Below, piece by piece: positions 36,977 to 47,435 of a DNA stretch of 64,000 nucleotides. A program made the position numbers and the translations under genes. Under the pieces are notes generated by a model that saw only the letters and a program-made list of their open reading frames with translations, made no database searches and was not told the DNA's origin. Each line of letters starts with the position of its first letter. The first letter of the stretch is position 1. This stretch comes from Acidobacteriota bacterium (GTDB lineage: Bacteria > Acidobacteriota > UBA6911 > RPQK01 > JAJDTT01): the NCBI GenBank assembly GCA_965217775.1, contig CBDCJH010000002.1, positions 4,000,001 through 4,064,000 on the forward strand, given 5' to 3'.

Positions 36977-37786
36977 ATGGATAACATGTCGGACAACCGG
37001 TCCAACCCACGCCGCGTCCTGGTCACCGGGGGCGCCAGCGGCTTCGGACTCGCTATTGCCCGGGCACTGCTGAACCGCGGCCACCGGGTGTGCATCGGTG
37101 ACATCGACTCCCAAGAACTGAAGCGTGCTGGCCAGGCCTTGGACCATCCCCATCTGCTCCCGATCCTGCTCGATGTCACATCCAGGCAGTCTGCGAGAGA
37201 CGCGGTGGAGGCCTGCCGGACACGCTTCGGTGGTCTGGATACGCTCATCAATTCGGCAGGCGTCATCCACATGACCGCTCTGGAGGAGATCACCGAGGAA
37301 GAGTGGGATCACGTCATCGACGTGGACCTGAAAGGCACGTTTCTGTGCAGCCAGGCAGCCGCGCCCCTGTTGCGCCGGAGCGGACGGGGCCGTATCGTCA
37401 ACATCGGTTCGGATGCCGCCAGAATCGGTTGTCCGCAGATCGTGCCCTACTGTGCGGCGAAATTCGGCGTCGTGGGATTGACCAAATCCCTGGCGGCCGA
37501 GCTTGCCGCCGATGGCGTGACCGTCAACTGTGTGAGCCCGGTCGGGGTCTCCACCACCGGGATGGGGCAATTCGTACTTCAACGGAAGATTGAACTCAGC
37601 GGACAGGCGCCGCAAGACATCCTGGCCGCGACGGCGGCGGAGATCCCACTGCAGCGCAACCCGACCACGGCGGACATCGTTCATGCGATCCTGTTCTTTC
37701 TGGCCGAGGAGTCGGCCTTTCTGACCGGAGTCGTCCTGGACGTGGACGGCGGAATGCTGAGCATTCTCCCGGTGCGGGGGACCTGA
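36977..37786 (+). CDS. SDR family oxidoreductase
   Basis: TGGASGFG, NSAG, YCAAK, NCVSP, VDGG. Confidence 0.92.
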   Translation: MDNMSDNRSNPRRVLVTGGASGFGLAIARALLNRGHRVCIGDIDSQELKRAGQALDHPHLLPILLDVTSRQSARDAVEACRTRFGGLDTLINSAGVIHMTALEEITEEEWDHVIDVDLKGTFLCSQAAAPLLRRSGRGRIVNIGSDAARIGCPQIVPYCAAKFGVVGLTKSLAAELAADGVTVNCVSPVGVSTTGMGQFVLQRKIELSGQAPQDILAATAAEIPLQRNPTTADIVHAILFFLAEESAFLTGVVLDVDGGMLSILPVRGT

Positions 37787-37855
37787 ACGGGATCCGGTCC
37801 GGCATTGATTCGTCGCAACGAAGACTGAAGTCCGAGAAACGAGGAGGGAAACAAC

Positions 37856-39301
37856 ATGAGCGACCTGCATCTGACGGCGGGGGTTGCGCGCATCGACATC
37901 ACGCCACCCGTGGGCTTCCGGATGGAAGGAGCCATGCGCCGGGTGGATCCGTCCGTGGGAGTCGAGTCTCCGCTTCTGGCCACGGCGTTGGTCCTGGCGG
38001 ACGAGCGAACCAAGATCGTCCTCCTCGATTGCGACTTGGTCGGTTTCGATATGCCGTTGGCGGCGGAGATCCGCAAGGCCATTGCCGACCGCGTCGGGAT
38101 CTCTCCCGGTTGCGTGGCGGTGGGCTGCACCCACACCCACAACGGCCCCTGTACCGCACGCGGCATCCTGGGTGGCGTGCATCACGTCGCCGGCGACCCG
38201 GCCGAAATTCAGGCACTCGACGCCTACATCGAGGATCTGGTGAACCGCCTCGCCGGATTGGCGGTGCTTGCGGACGGCGACCGCAGGCCCGCGCGCGCGG
38301 CGGCTGGAAGCGGGCACGCCCCGGTGGCGGTGAACCGGGAGGAACGGGCGCCCGAGGACGGCCTCGTCGTGGTCGGGCGGAATCCCGACGGGACCACCGA
38401 CCACAGTGTCGACGTTCTGCGGGTGGACGATCTCGACGGAAACCCCATCGCCGTGGTGGCCAGCTATGCGGCCCATCCGGTGGTCATGGGCTACGAGACG
38501 TACCTCCTGAGCCAGGACTTTCCCGGCGTCGTCCGTCGAATCGTGGAACAGGCGACCGGAGCCACCTGCCTCTACCTGACCGGGGCCGCCGGTAACCAGG
38601 CTTGCTATTCATTTCTGCAGAGTGATTGGGGTGAGAAGGAACGCACCGGCGGCATCGTCGGCGCCGCCGCGCTGCAAGCGTTCTACGGCATCGAGACGCG
38701 ACCCCACGAGGAAATCCGGGAACGCGGTCTCTCACTCTCCCGGATCGCCCTCTACCACAAGGAATTCAAGGACGGCCCCACCCACAAGGTCCTGAGCGTG
38801 GCCAGCCGCCAGGTTTCCCTGCCCTTGCAGCCGCTGCCCTCCCTGGATCAAGCGGAGGCCCAGTACGCCGAAGCCGCCGCCTATGTGAGGAAGCTGGTGG
38901 AAAAAGGCGCCGATTCGACCGAGGTCTGTCCCGCCCAGTTGGTGGAGGTCTGGGCCAAAGGCGTCCTGGACAAGGTCAGGGCCGGCGTTCGGGAAGACTC
39001 GCTGAGGTTCGACATCGTGGCCTTCCGGCTGGATGATTTCGTGCTGGTGGCGCAGCCGGGAGAGCCCTTCGTGGAGATCGGGTTGGGGGTCAAGAAACGA
39101 TCCAAGGCCAATCACACCATGTTCGGAGGGTACTGCAACGGGGTTCTGGCCTACCTGCCCACGGCCGAGACGGTGGCTCAGGGAGGCATGTCGGTGGAGG
39201 CGGCCGTCCGGACCTACGACATCCCGGCGCCTCCCGTGGCCGAAACGGTGGATCTCCTCGTCGAAGAGTATGGGGAACTCCTGAATGAGGTCGGCCTCTG
39301 A
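37856..39301 (+). CDS. Neutral/alkaline ceramidase N-terminal-domain-like protein
   Basis: AGVARIDITPP, CTHTHNGP, YAAHP, SQDFPG, GAAGNQ, PGEPFVEIG. Confidence 0.8.
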   Translation: MSDLHLTAGVARIDITPPVGFRMEGAMRRVDPSVGVESPLLATALVLADERTKIVLLDCDLVGFDMPLAAEIRKAIADRVGISPGCVAVGCTHTHNGPCTARGILGGVHHVAGDPAEIQALDAYIEDLVNRLAGLAVLADGDRRPARAAAGSGHAPVAVNREERAPEDGLVVVGRNPDGTTDHSVDVLRVDDLDGNPIAVVASYAAHPVVMGYETYLLSQDFPGVVRRIVEQATGATCLYLTGAAGNQACYSFLQSDWGEKERTGGIVGAAALQAFYGIETRPHEEIRERGLSLSRIALYHKEFKDGPTHKVLSVASRQVSLPLQPLPSLDQAEAQYAEAAAYVRKLVEKGADSTEVCPAQLVEVWAKGVLDKVRAGVREDSLRFDIVAFRLDDFVLVAQPGEPFVEIGLGVKKRSKANHTMFGGYCNGVLAYLPTAETVAQGGMSVEAAVRTYDIPAPPVAETVDLLVEEYGELLNEVGL

Positions 39302-40370
39302 TCTGAAACCCGAGGATGGCTTGGTCTCCAGGCTCGGATATCCCGCTTCTCGATCCGTTCGAGGCAGAGCAAATCGTTGGTGCCCTCCGCTCGCCGGCCT
39401 CTGGCCGATTCTGGCCGTCTTCATCGCCGCCAGCCCCATTTTCTCCCAGCCCCGGCTCGACCTCCGGATTCTGGAGAAGTTCCAACAAGGCCGCTTTCAG
39501 GAGGCCTCCGTGCTGGCCCGCCGGGCCGTCGAGCGGGACGGCTCGAATGCCGTCTACCAGGAACTCTACGGCATGGTGCTGGCCGCCCTGGAAAAGAACG
39601 AGGAGGCGGAGAAACATCTTCGCAGGGCGGTCGAGCTGCGGCCCCGGCAGGCCGAGTTTCACTACAATCTGGCCCAATTCCTGCTCGGCCGTCAGGAGGC
39701 GTCGGGACTGCATCCCTTCGACCCCAGAGCCAGGCGGCTCATGGAGGACGCGATCAGCGCGTTGAAGCAGGTGCTGGAGCTGAGTCCCGGCAACGTCGAA
39801 GCGAGGATGTCCCTGGCGCGCAGCTACAACAACCTGAATTTCAGCGAGATGGCGCTCAAGGAGTATTCCACCGTGGCCGCCGGGGAACCGAACCGGCCCT
39901 GGCTCAACTTTCAGATGGGCATGCTCCATTCCAACCTGTCCAGCCCGGTGAAAGCGGTGGCCGCTTTCAGGAGAGAGATTGGCCTCTATCCCGACCACGC
40001 CAGAGCTCGGCTGGAACTCGCCGAGATCCTGCTGCAACAGGGGAAGGCGGAAGCGGCGAAGCGCCATCTGTTGCGGGCGGAACCCGGGCTCGAACCTTCT
40101 CTGAAACACCGCGTCTATTTCCTTCTGGCCAAGGCTCACAGGAACCTCGGTCATGCCGAGGATGCGTTGACGGCCGTTCGCAGAAGCCTCGACCTGTGTC
40201 CGACGTTCATCGCACCCAACTATCTTCTGGCCCAGCTCTACCGGGAGACGGGGCAGCTCGATCTGGCGCGGCGGACCTTGGAGCGGGTGGAACGGCTGAG
40301 ATCGGAGGCTTCGTCATCGGCCGACCCCTTCGCCTTCCGGGAAGGCCACTGTCCGGGGCGGCCCCAATGA
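39285..40370 (+). CDS. Tetratricopeptide repeat protein (start uncertain)
   Basis: Repeated helical TPR pattern (AEFHYNLA, ARMSLA, ARLELA, PNYLLAQLY). Confidence 0.8.
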   Translation: MRSASDLKPEDGLVSRLGYPASRSVRGRANRWCPPLAGLWPILAVFIAASPIFSQPRLDLRILEKFQQGRFQEASVLARRAVERDGSNAVYQELYGMVLAALEKNEEAEKHLRRAVELRPRQAEFHYNLAQFLLGRQEASGLHPFDPRARRLMEDAISALKQVLELSPGNVEARMSLARSYNNLNFSEMALKEYSTVAAGEPNRPWLNFQMGMLHSNLSSPVKAVAAFRREIGLYPDHARARLELAEILLQQGKAEAAKRHLLRAEPGLEPSLKHRVYFLLAKAHRNLGHAEDALTAVRRSLDLCPTFIAPNYLLAQLYRETGQLDLARRTLERVERLRSEASSSADPFAFREGHCPGRPQ

Positions 40371-40437
40371 GAGATCGCCGCAGGTCCAGTCGGCTCGGTC
40401 CGGCCACCGCGGCACTGTCCGGAGTTCGATACCGAAT

Positions 40438-42090
<1,653 letters not shown>

Positions 42091-42146
42091 CGGCTTGCGC
42101 CGGAATCCGTCGGAGTGTCTTCGTTGCCCCCTCGGGGATTCAACAT

Positions 42147-42992
42147 CTATCCCAGGATGTCTTCCGTATCCGCCGTGATGACTTGATACGCGTCCGGCCG
42201 GCGATCCCGAAACATGAAGTAGCGGTTGCGGACCTCGTTCACCCGGTCCAACCCGATATCCCCGGAGACGACCGTCTCCCCGGACGCCGGGGCCTCGGCC
42301 ACGATCCCGCCTTCAGGATCCACGATGATGCTCTTCCCGCCCAGAGTGAAGGTGTCTCCATCCGGAAGATGCAATTCCCCGACCGCATTGCAGGCGGCTA
42401 CATAGGCGCCGTTTTCGAAGGCCCGGGTGATGATCATGTGTTCCCAGATCCCGCCCTCGGTGGTGGACGCCCCGAAGGGCGCCAGGATCAGTTCCGCTCC
42501 GTTCAGGGCCAGGCAGCGGGCGGGTTCGGGCAGCAGAGTGTCGTAGCAGAGCATGGTGCCGACCCGCCACTCGCCGACCGGCGCCACGGGAAACTTGGAT
42601 CCGCCCCGGTAGAAGAGTTTTTCCAGGCCTCTCCGGGCCGGGACGTGGACCTTCCGGTACTTGCTGACGATCTCGCCCTTCGGATTCACCATCATGGAGG
42701 TGTTGTAGAAGAGGCCGGGAGCCTGGCGCTCATAGATGGTGGACGCGATGTGGACACCATGCTGTAACGCCTTTTCCCGCACCGCCGCGGTGGCCTCCCC
42801 GTCCTCGCTGTCGGCTAGCTCGTAGTAGCTGTAGTCCACCGACAAGGGGAAATACCCGGTGCTCCAGAATTCGGGAAGGACCAGAAGTTCGGCCCCCTCG
42901 CCCGCCGCTTCGTCAATGAAGCGGGACGCTCTGGCAATGTTCTTGTCGAGTCCGCCGATGGCGCTCTCCATCTGAATCAGCGCTAGTTTCAT
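42147..42992 (-). CDS. Carbon-nitrogen hydrolase (nitrilase superfamily)
   Basis: Catalytic triad LPE, YRKVH, LCYD; RAFENG. Confidence 0.9.
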   Translation of the reverse strand: MKLALIQMESAIGGLDKNIARASRFIDEAAGEGAELLVLPEFWSTGYFPLSVDYSYYELADSEDGEATAAVREKALQHGVHIASTIYERQAPGLFYNTSMMVNPKGEIVSKYRKVHVPARRGLEKLFYRGGSKFPVAPVGEWRVGTMLCYDTLLPEPARCLALNGAELILAPFGASTTEGGIWEHMIITRAFENGAYVAACNAVGELHLPDGDTFTLGGKSIIVDPEGGIVAEAPASGETVVSGDIGLDRVNEVRNRYFMFRDRRPDAYQVITADTEDILG

Positions 42993-44203
42993 GGTTCATT
43001 CCTCCCATCCGGACCGCCGGCCAGCCACTCCAGATTGAAACGGGCGAAGCTGATCCGCTCGTAGGGACTGCCGGCGCCATTCTCGTACAGCAGGCCGACC
43101 GTGCCGTCTTCCAGCACCGTGAGGCAAGAATAGGCCGACGGGCCCGGGTGAACGACTTTGGAGTGGGGCCAGGTCTTCCCCGAGTCGAGACTCAGCCGAA
43201 CCGTCATGTTGACCCGCTCCTTTCGGTGGGCCGGGTTCGAGAACAGAAGCCGATCCTTGACCTGGCCGGCCGCCCCGGCGCCGTGTCGGATCAAACCAGC
43301 CTGACACCGGGGTTCGATCAGCGCGGTGTCGTGTCTCAGCTCCGACCAGGTCTCCCCTCCGTCGCCGGACGTGGCGACGGCCCGGCATTCCCTTCCATGG
43401 TAGCTCCGCATGTTGAGCATCAGGTCCCCGCTCGCCAACTCGACGACCTGGCATTCATTGGTGGCGGGTCCTGCGCCCGACCCCATTGTCCAGCTCTTGC
43501 CCCGGTCGTCGCTATAGGCAACCGACGAGAAATCTCCCTGGTGGTCGGATCCGTCCATGCGACGAGAATAGCAGGGCAGGATGAGGCGACCGCTTTTCGT
43601 CCGGATCCCCCGGCCCGGAGCGGCCATGACGGCCAGCCAGCCCTCGCGGGTGAGCTGGCGAGTGATGTCCGCGGGTCCGGACCAGGTTTGTCCATCGTCT
43701 TCGCTGACGATGGCGTGCAACGTGATGATCCGGCCGGTTCGGTCCGGTTTGACCCCCGCGGGAAGGATCTCGTTCGCCCGCTCCAGAGACTCGGAATCGG
43801 GCCAGACATGATCGTAGATCACCCAGACGTTTCCCGTCTGGCCATCCACCAGCATACAGGGGTCGCAGGCTGCCCGGCGCCCGGGGAAGTCCGCGACGAC
43901 GGTCATTTCCGACCAGGTTTCACCCTGGTCCAAGCTGCGTTTCAGGACCAGATCGATGTTGTTGGGGGCATCTCCAGGTTCCTCCACCCGAGCATCGCAG
44001 AGGGCCAGCAGCGTCCCCTTCACCGTCGTCACCAGGGCTGGAATTCGGTATTCCCGAATCCCGTTTGCGCCGGCGACGAAGATGTCCATTCGCCGGAAAA
44101 AGGGACGTGTCCGCAGGGGCGGCGACGGTCTGCAGAAAGACATCCCTCCTGTCGCCAGGAGGGACGACTTGAGAAAATCCCGGCGTTTCCATGTGTTACT
44201 CAT
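42989..44203 (-). CDS. Exo-alpha-sialidase (GH33), Tat-exported
   Basis: KRRDFL; YRIP motif; Asp-boxes SLDQGETW, SEDDGQTW, SDDRGKSW, SGDGGETW, SLDSGKTW; NECQ, AYS, LLYE. Confidence 0.9.
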   Translation of the reverse strand: MSNTWKRRDFLKSSLLATGGMSFCRPSPPLRTRPFFRRMDIFVAGANGIREYRIPALVTTVKGTLLALCDARVEEPGDAPNNIDLVLKRSLDQGETWSEMTVVADFPGRRAACDPCMLVDGQTGNVWVIYDHVWPDSESLERANEILPAGVKPDRTGRIITLHAIVSEDDGQTWSGPADITRQLTREGWLAVMAAPGRGIRTKSGRLILPCYSRRMDGSDHQGDFSSVAYSDDRGKSWTMGSGAGPATNECQVVELASGDLMLNMRSYHGRECRAVATSGDGGETWSELRHDTALIEPRCQAGLIRHGAGAAGQVKDRLLFSNPAHRKERVNMTVRLSLDSGKTWPHSKVVHPGPSAYSCLTVLEDGTVGLLYENGAGSPYERISFARFNLEWLAGGPDGRNEP

Positions 44204-44227
44204 GCTGAAAGCTCCCATCGCTTGTAG

Positions 44228-45997
44228 TCAGGGTTCGTCCGCAGCCGTTTCCTCGCGGGTCCCGATCCGATTGGCCGGCAAGTCAAAGAGTCGGCGGCTG
44301 GAAGCCGCCGCTCCCGCCTCCTCGATGGTCAGGATCCTGTTGGCGGGCAGCGCCCGCAGCACCTGCGTCCGGCCGCTCGGCCAGTCGACCCGGAGGCGAT
44401 CCAGCGCGGAGGACCTACCCAACCCAAGATGCACCCGAGGATCCTGGCTCGACAGATAGCTGGCCGCCCGCTGGACCTGGGTCACGACGACCCGATCGCC
44501 GAGGTGGGCGGTGAGGCGACTCCCGATGCCGTCCCGGTTGCTTTTGGTGCCGACCAGCTTCAGTAGCAGCCAATTGCTTCGATTGCCGCCGTCGTTCCGG
44601 AGCAGCTGCACACCTCCGGCGTTGTTGGTCACCAGCGCGTCGACGTCGCCGTCGTTGTCGATGTCGGCAAAGGCCGCGCCCCGCCCCACGTCCCGGACCG
44701 AAAAGCAGTCCCCCGCCTCCCGCGACCGTTCCCGGAACTTCCCTTCCCGATTGTCATAGAGGAGCTTCTCCTGGTGAAAGCTGGTGTCGTCCCGGTACTC
44801 GGCGATACGGGGGATCACGTGCCCGTTCACGGCCATCACGTCCAGGTCGGTGTCGTTGTCATAGTCGAAGAAGCGAACGCCGAACCCCACCTTCAGGAAA
44901 CTGTTCTTGCGGATGCCGGTGTGGCGCGTGACTTCGGCGAACGAACCGTCCCCCGCGTTGCGGAAGAGCGCATTTCCCTCGGAGGTGAAGTTGGTGACGA
45001 TCAGGTCCAACCGTCCGTCCCCGTCGTAGTCGCCGAAGTCCACTCCCATTCCGGCGCGGGCATGACCGTCCTCATTGTAGGCGACTCCGGCCAGGAAACC
45101 GACCTCCTGGAAGGTTCCGTCCCCCTGGTTGTGAAAGAGGAAATCGGCCACGGTGTCGTTGGCAACGAACAGGTCCATCCAGCCGTCCCCATCATAGTCG
45201 GCGAAGGCCACTCCCAGAGACTTGCCGCGTACGCTTGCGATACCGCTGTCCCCGCTCACATCGGAGAAGGTCCCGTCGCCGTTGTTGCGGTAGAGGACAT
45301 TGGGATCACCCTGGAAGGCGCTGGGATGGCAATAGGACCGAAAGCCCCCACCCGAGCAAGGAGGATTCACTGCGGTGTCGAACAGGACGTAGTTGCAGAC
45401 GAAGAGATCGAGGAGGCCATCCCGGTCAAAATCGAAAAATCCGGCGCTGGTGGCCCAGTGCCCCGGGTTCCGGACTCCTGCCGAATCGGTCCCGTCGATG
45501 AAGGTTCCGTCCCCGTTGTTGACCAGCAGGACGCTTCTCCCGTATCCGGTGACGTACAGGTCCGGGTCGCCGTCGTTGTCGTAGTCTCCCGCCGCCGCCC
45601 CCATGCCGAAGAGTCCCCGGAGATCGATCCCGGACTGGGCCGTGACCTCGGTGAACGTCCCGCCGCCGTCGTTCCGATACAACTGGCTGTTGGGGTCGGT
45701 GGCCGGTTTCGGCTCCGGCAGACTCGATCCGTTGACCAGGAAGATGTCCTGGTCGCCGTCCCGGTCATAGTCGAGGAAGGCGGCTCCCGGTCCCGCGATC
45801 TCGGGAAAATAGAATTCACCGGCGGCCCCGTTGAAGTGCCGGAAACGAATGCCGGCCTCGGCCGTGATATCCGTGAATTGGACCGGAGCCGCCGGCAGCC
45901 ACGTCCAAAGTGCCAGGGGCGGCAGGGCCATCCGAGTCCAAAGCCGGATCGCCCTACCTCGATCCAAAGACGGAGAAGTCGTCGCCGACCCCTGCAT
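44228..45997 (-). CDS. CRTAC1-like FG-GAP repeat protein with ASPIC/UnbV domain
   Basis: DYDxDG repeats; SYLSSQDPRVHLGLG, DWPSG. Confidence 0.9.
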   Translation of the reverse strand: MQGSATTSPSLDRGRAIRLWTRMALPPLALWTWLPAAPVQFTDITAEAGIRFRHFNGAAGEFYFPEIAGPGAAFLDYDRDGDQDIFLVNGSSLPEPKPATDPNSQLYRNDGGGTFTEVTAQSGIDLRGLFGMGAAAGDYDNDGDPDLYVTGYGRSVLLVNNGDGTFIDGTDSAGVRNPGHWATSAGFFDFDRDGLLDLFVCNYVLFDTAVNPPCSGGGFRSYCHPSAFQGDPNVLYRNNGDGTFSDVSGDSGIASVRGKSLGVAFADYDGDGWMDLFVANDTVADFLFHNQGDGTFQEVGFLAGVAYNEDGHARAGMGVDFGDYDGDGRLDLIVTNFTSEGNALFRNAGDGSFAEVTRHTGIRKNSFLKVGFGVRFFDYDNDTDLDVMAVNGHVIPRIAEYRDDTSFHQEKLLYDNREGKFRERSREAGDCFSVRDVGRGAAFADIDNDGDVDALVTNNAGGVQLLRNDGGNRSNWLLLKLVGTKSNRDGIGSRLTAHLGDRVVVTQVQRAASYLSSQDPRVHLGLGRSSALDRLRVDWPSGRTQVLRALPANRILTIEEAGAAASSRRLFDLPANRIGTREETAADEP

Positions 45998-47345
45998 AGA
46001 TGTGGAATCTTTCCTTCCGCGAACGCTCCTGTTGCAACTCCAGCCGCTTGAATTCCCGGAGCAGCCGTTGGGCCTCCGTCCTGCGGCCCAGCTTGGCGTT
46101 GACCTGCGCCGCCTTGTAGTGTGCGGAAATGTGATCTTCTTGCAAAGCCAGCACCCGATTCAGGAGAGTCAGGCTACCCGGGTAGTCGCCCTCCTGGAAG
46201 CGGATGAGGGCCTGGTAGTAGAGGGTCTCCACCCGGTCCGGCTCCCGCCGGCGAACCTGCTCGAAGTAGGGTTCGGCCTCCGCCTCGAGTCCCTGCTTGT
46301 AGAGACTGACGCCGAGGTGATGTGCCGCGTCGGTGGAATCCGGGTCCAATCCAAGCACTCTGCGAAGCTCGGCCGCGGCTTCGTCGAAGCGCCCTTGCAT
46401 TCCATAGGCGAGTGCCAGGTGAAGGTACCCCTGGGGATCCCGGGGACGGTACCGAATGGATTCCCGGAACGAGTTGATGGCCTGGTTGACCTTGCGCGCC
46501 AGACCGTAGCCGATCCCCATGGAACTGACGACTTCGGGATCTCGTCCCCCACGCTCCGCCGCTTCCCTGAGAACCGTGACGGCGTCGGCATAGCGGCCGC
46601 TGTCCAACAGCATCAGCCCCAGGGCATGGAGTCCTTCCCCGTCGTGCGCGACGAGCCGGCGCAGCCGACGGGTCGTTACCGCAGCCTCCGGCTCCCTACC
46701 CAACTTGAACTGCGTCTTGGCCAGATGAAGGAGCAGTTCCGGGTCGTCAGGCGCCTGACGCAGGGCTCGGACGGTGGTCTCCCGGGCGGCTTCAATGTCA
46801 CCCGCATCAGAGAGCACATTGGCCACTCCCTTTAACGAAGGGAGATGGGCCGGATTCCAATGGAGCACCCGCTCGAAGTGGCGCCGGGCCTCCTGGAGAC
46901 GACCGGTCTTGGCGTAGAGGCGCGCCAAGTTGCTTCGAGCATCGATGAAATCATCGCGGAGGCTCACGGCCCGCTCGAAGTATTCGATGGACCGGTCCGG
47001 CCGGCCTCGCAGGTCGGCGACGATCCCGGCCACGTTCAATGCCTGCGGTATGTCGGGGAAGTCGGCGAGTAGCGCCCGGATCTTCTCGTCGGCTCCGGCA
47101 TAGTCCCCCGACTCCAGCAAGGCGATGGCACTCCGATAGAGCGCCTGCGCCTGATCCCGATCCTGTCCCGGGAGGATGGACCCGGCGCCGAGCACGAGAA
47201 AGAGAAGCGCTACCAACGCGGAGGCATTTCCACACCTGCCCGTAACGCCGGCAGGGGAGTCATCCGTCTGGGGCTCGGGATTCGGAATCGGCCTGAAGCC
47301 TGAGTTTCGGAAACAGACGGCGGGGGAAGGAATAAAGTCTTTCAA
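45954..47345 (-). CDS. Tetratricopeptide repeat protein (signal/TM segment)
   Basis: About 10 TPR-like repeats after a hydrophobic segment. Confidence 0.85.
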   Translation of the reverse strand: MKDFIPSPAVCFRNSGFRPIPNPEPQTDDSPAGVTGRCGNASALVALLFLVLGAGSILPGQDRDQAQALYRSAIALLESGDYAGADEKIRALLADFPDIPQALNVAGIVADLRGRPDRSIEYFERAVSLRDDFIDARSNLARLYAKTGRLQEARRHFERVLHWNPAHLPSLKGVANVLSDAGDIEAARETTVRALRQAPDDPELLLHLAKTQFKLGREPEAAVTTRRLRRLVAHDGEGLHALGLMLLDSGRYADAVTVLREAAERGGRDPEVVSSMGIGYGLARKVNQAINSFRESIRYRPRDPQGYLHLALAYGMQGRFDEAAAELRRVLGLDPDSTDAAHHLGVSLYKQGLEAEAEPYFEQVRRREPDRVETLYYQALIRFQEGDYPGSLTLLNRVLALQEDHISAHYKAAQVNAKLGRRTEAQRLLREFKRLELQQERSRKERFHIYAGVGDDFSVFGSR

Positions 47346-47435
47346 AAGGCTCTATCCCTTTTCACAGGCGGTCTTGTCGATCCGGATCTAATCGGATACG
47401 CGGGTGAGGGGACCGAGGCCCCTCACCCGCACCAT

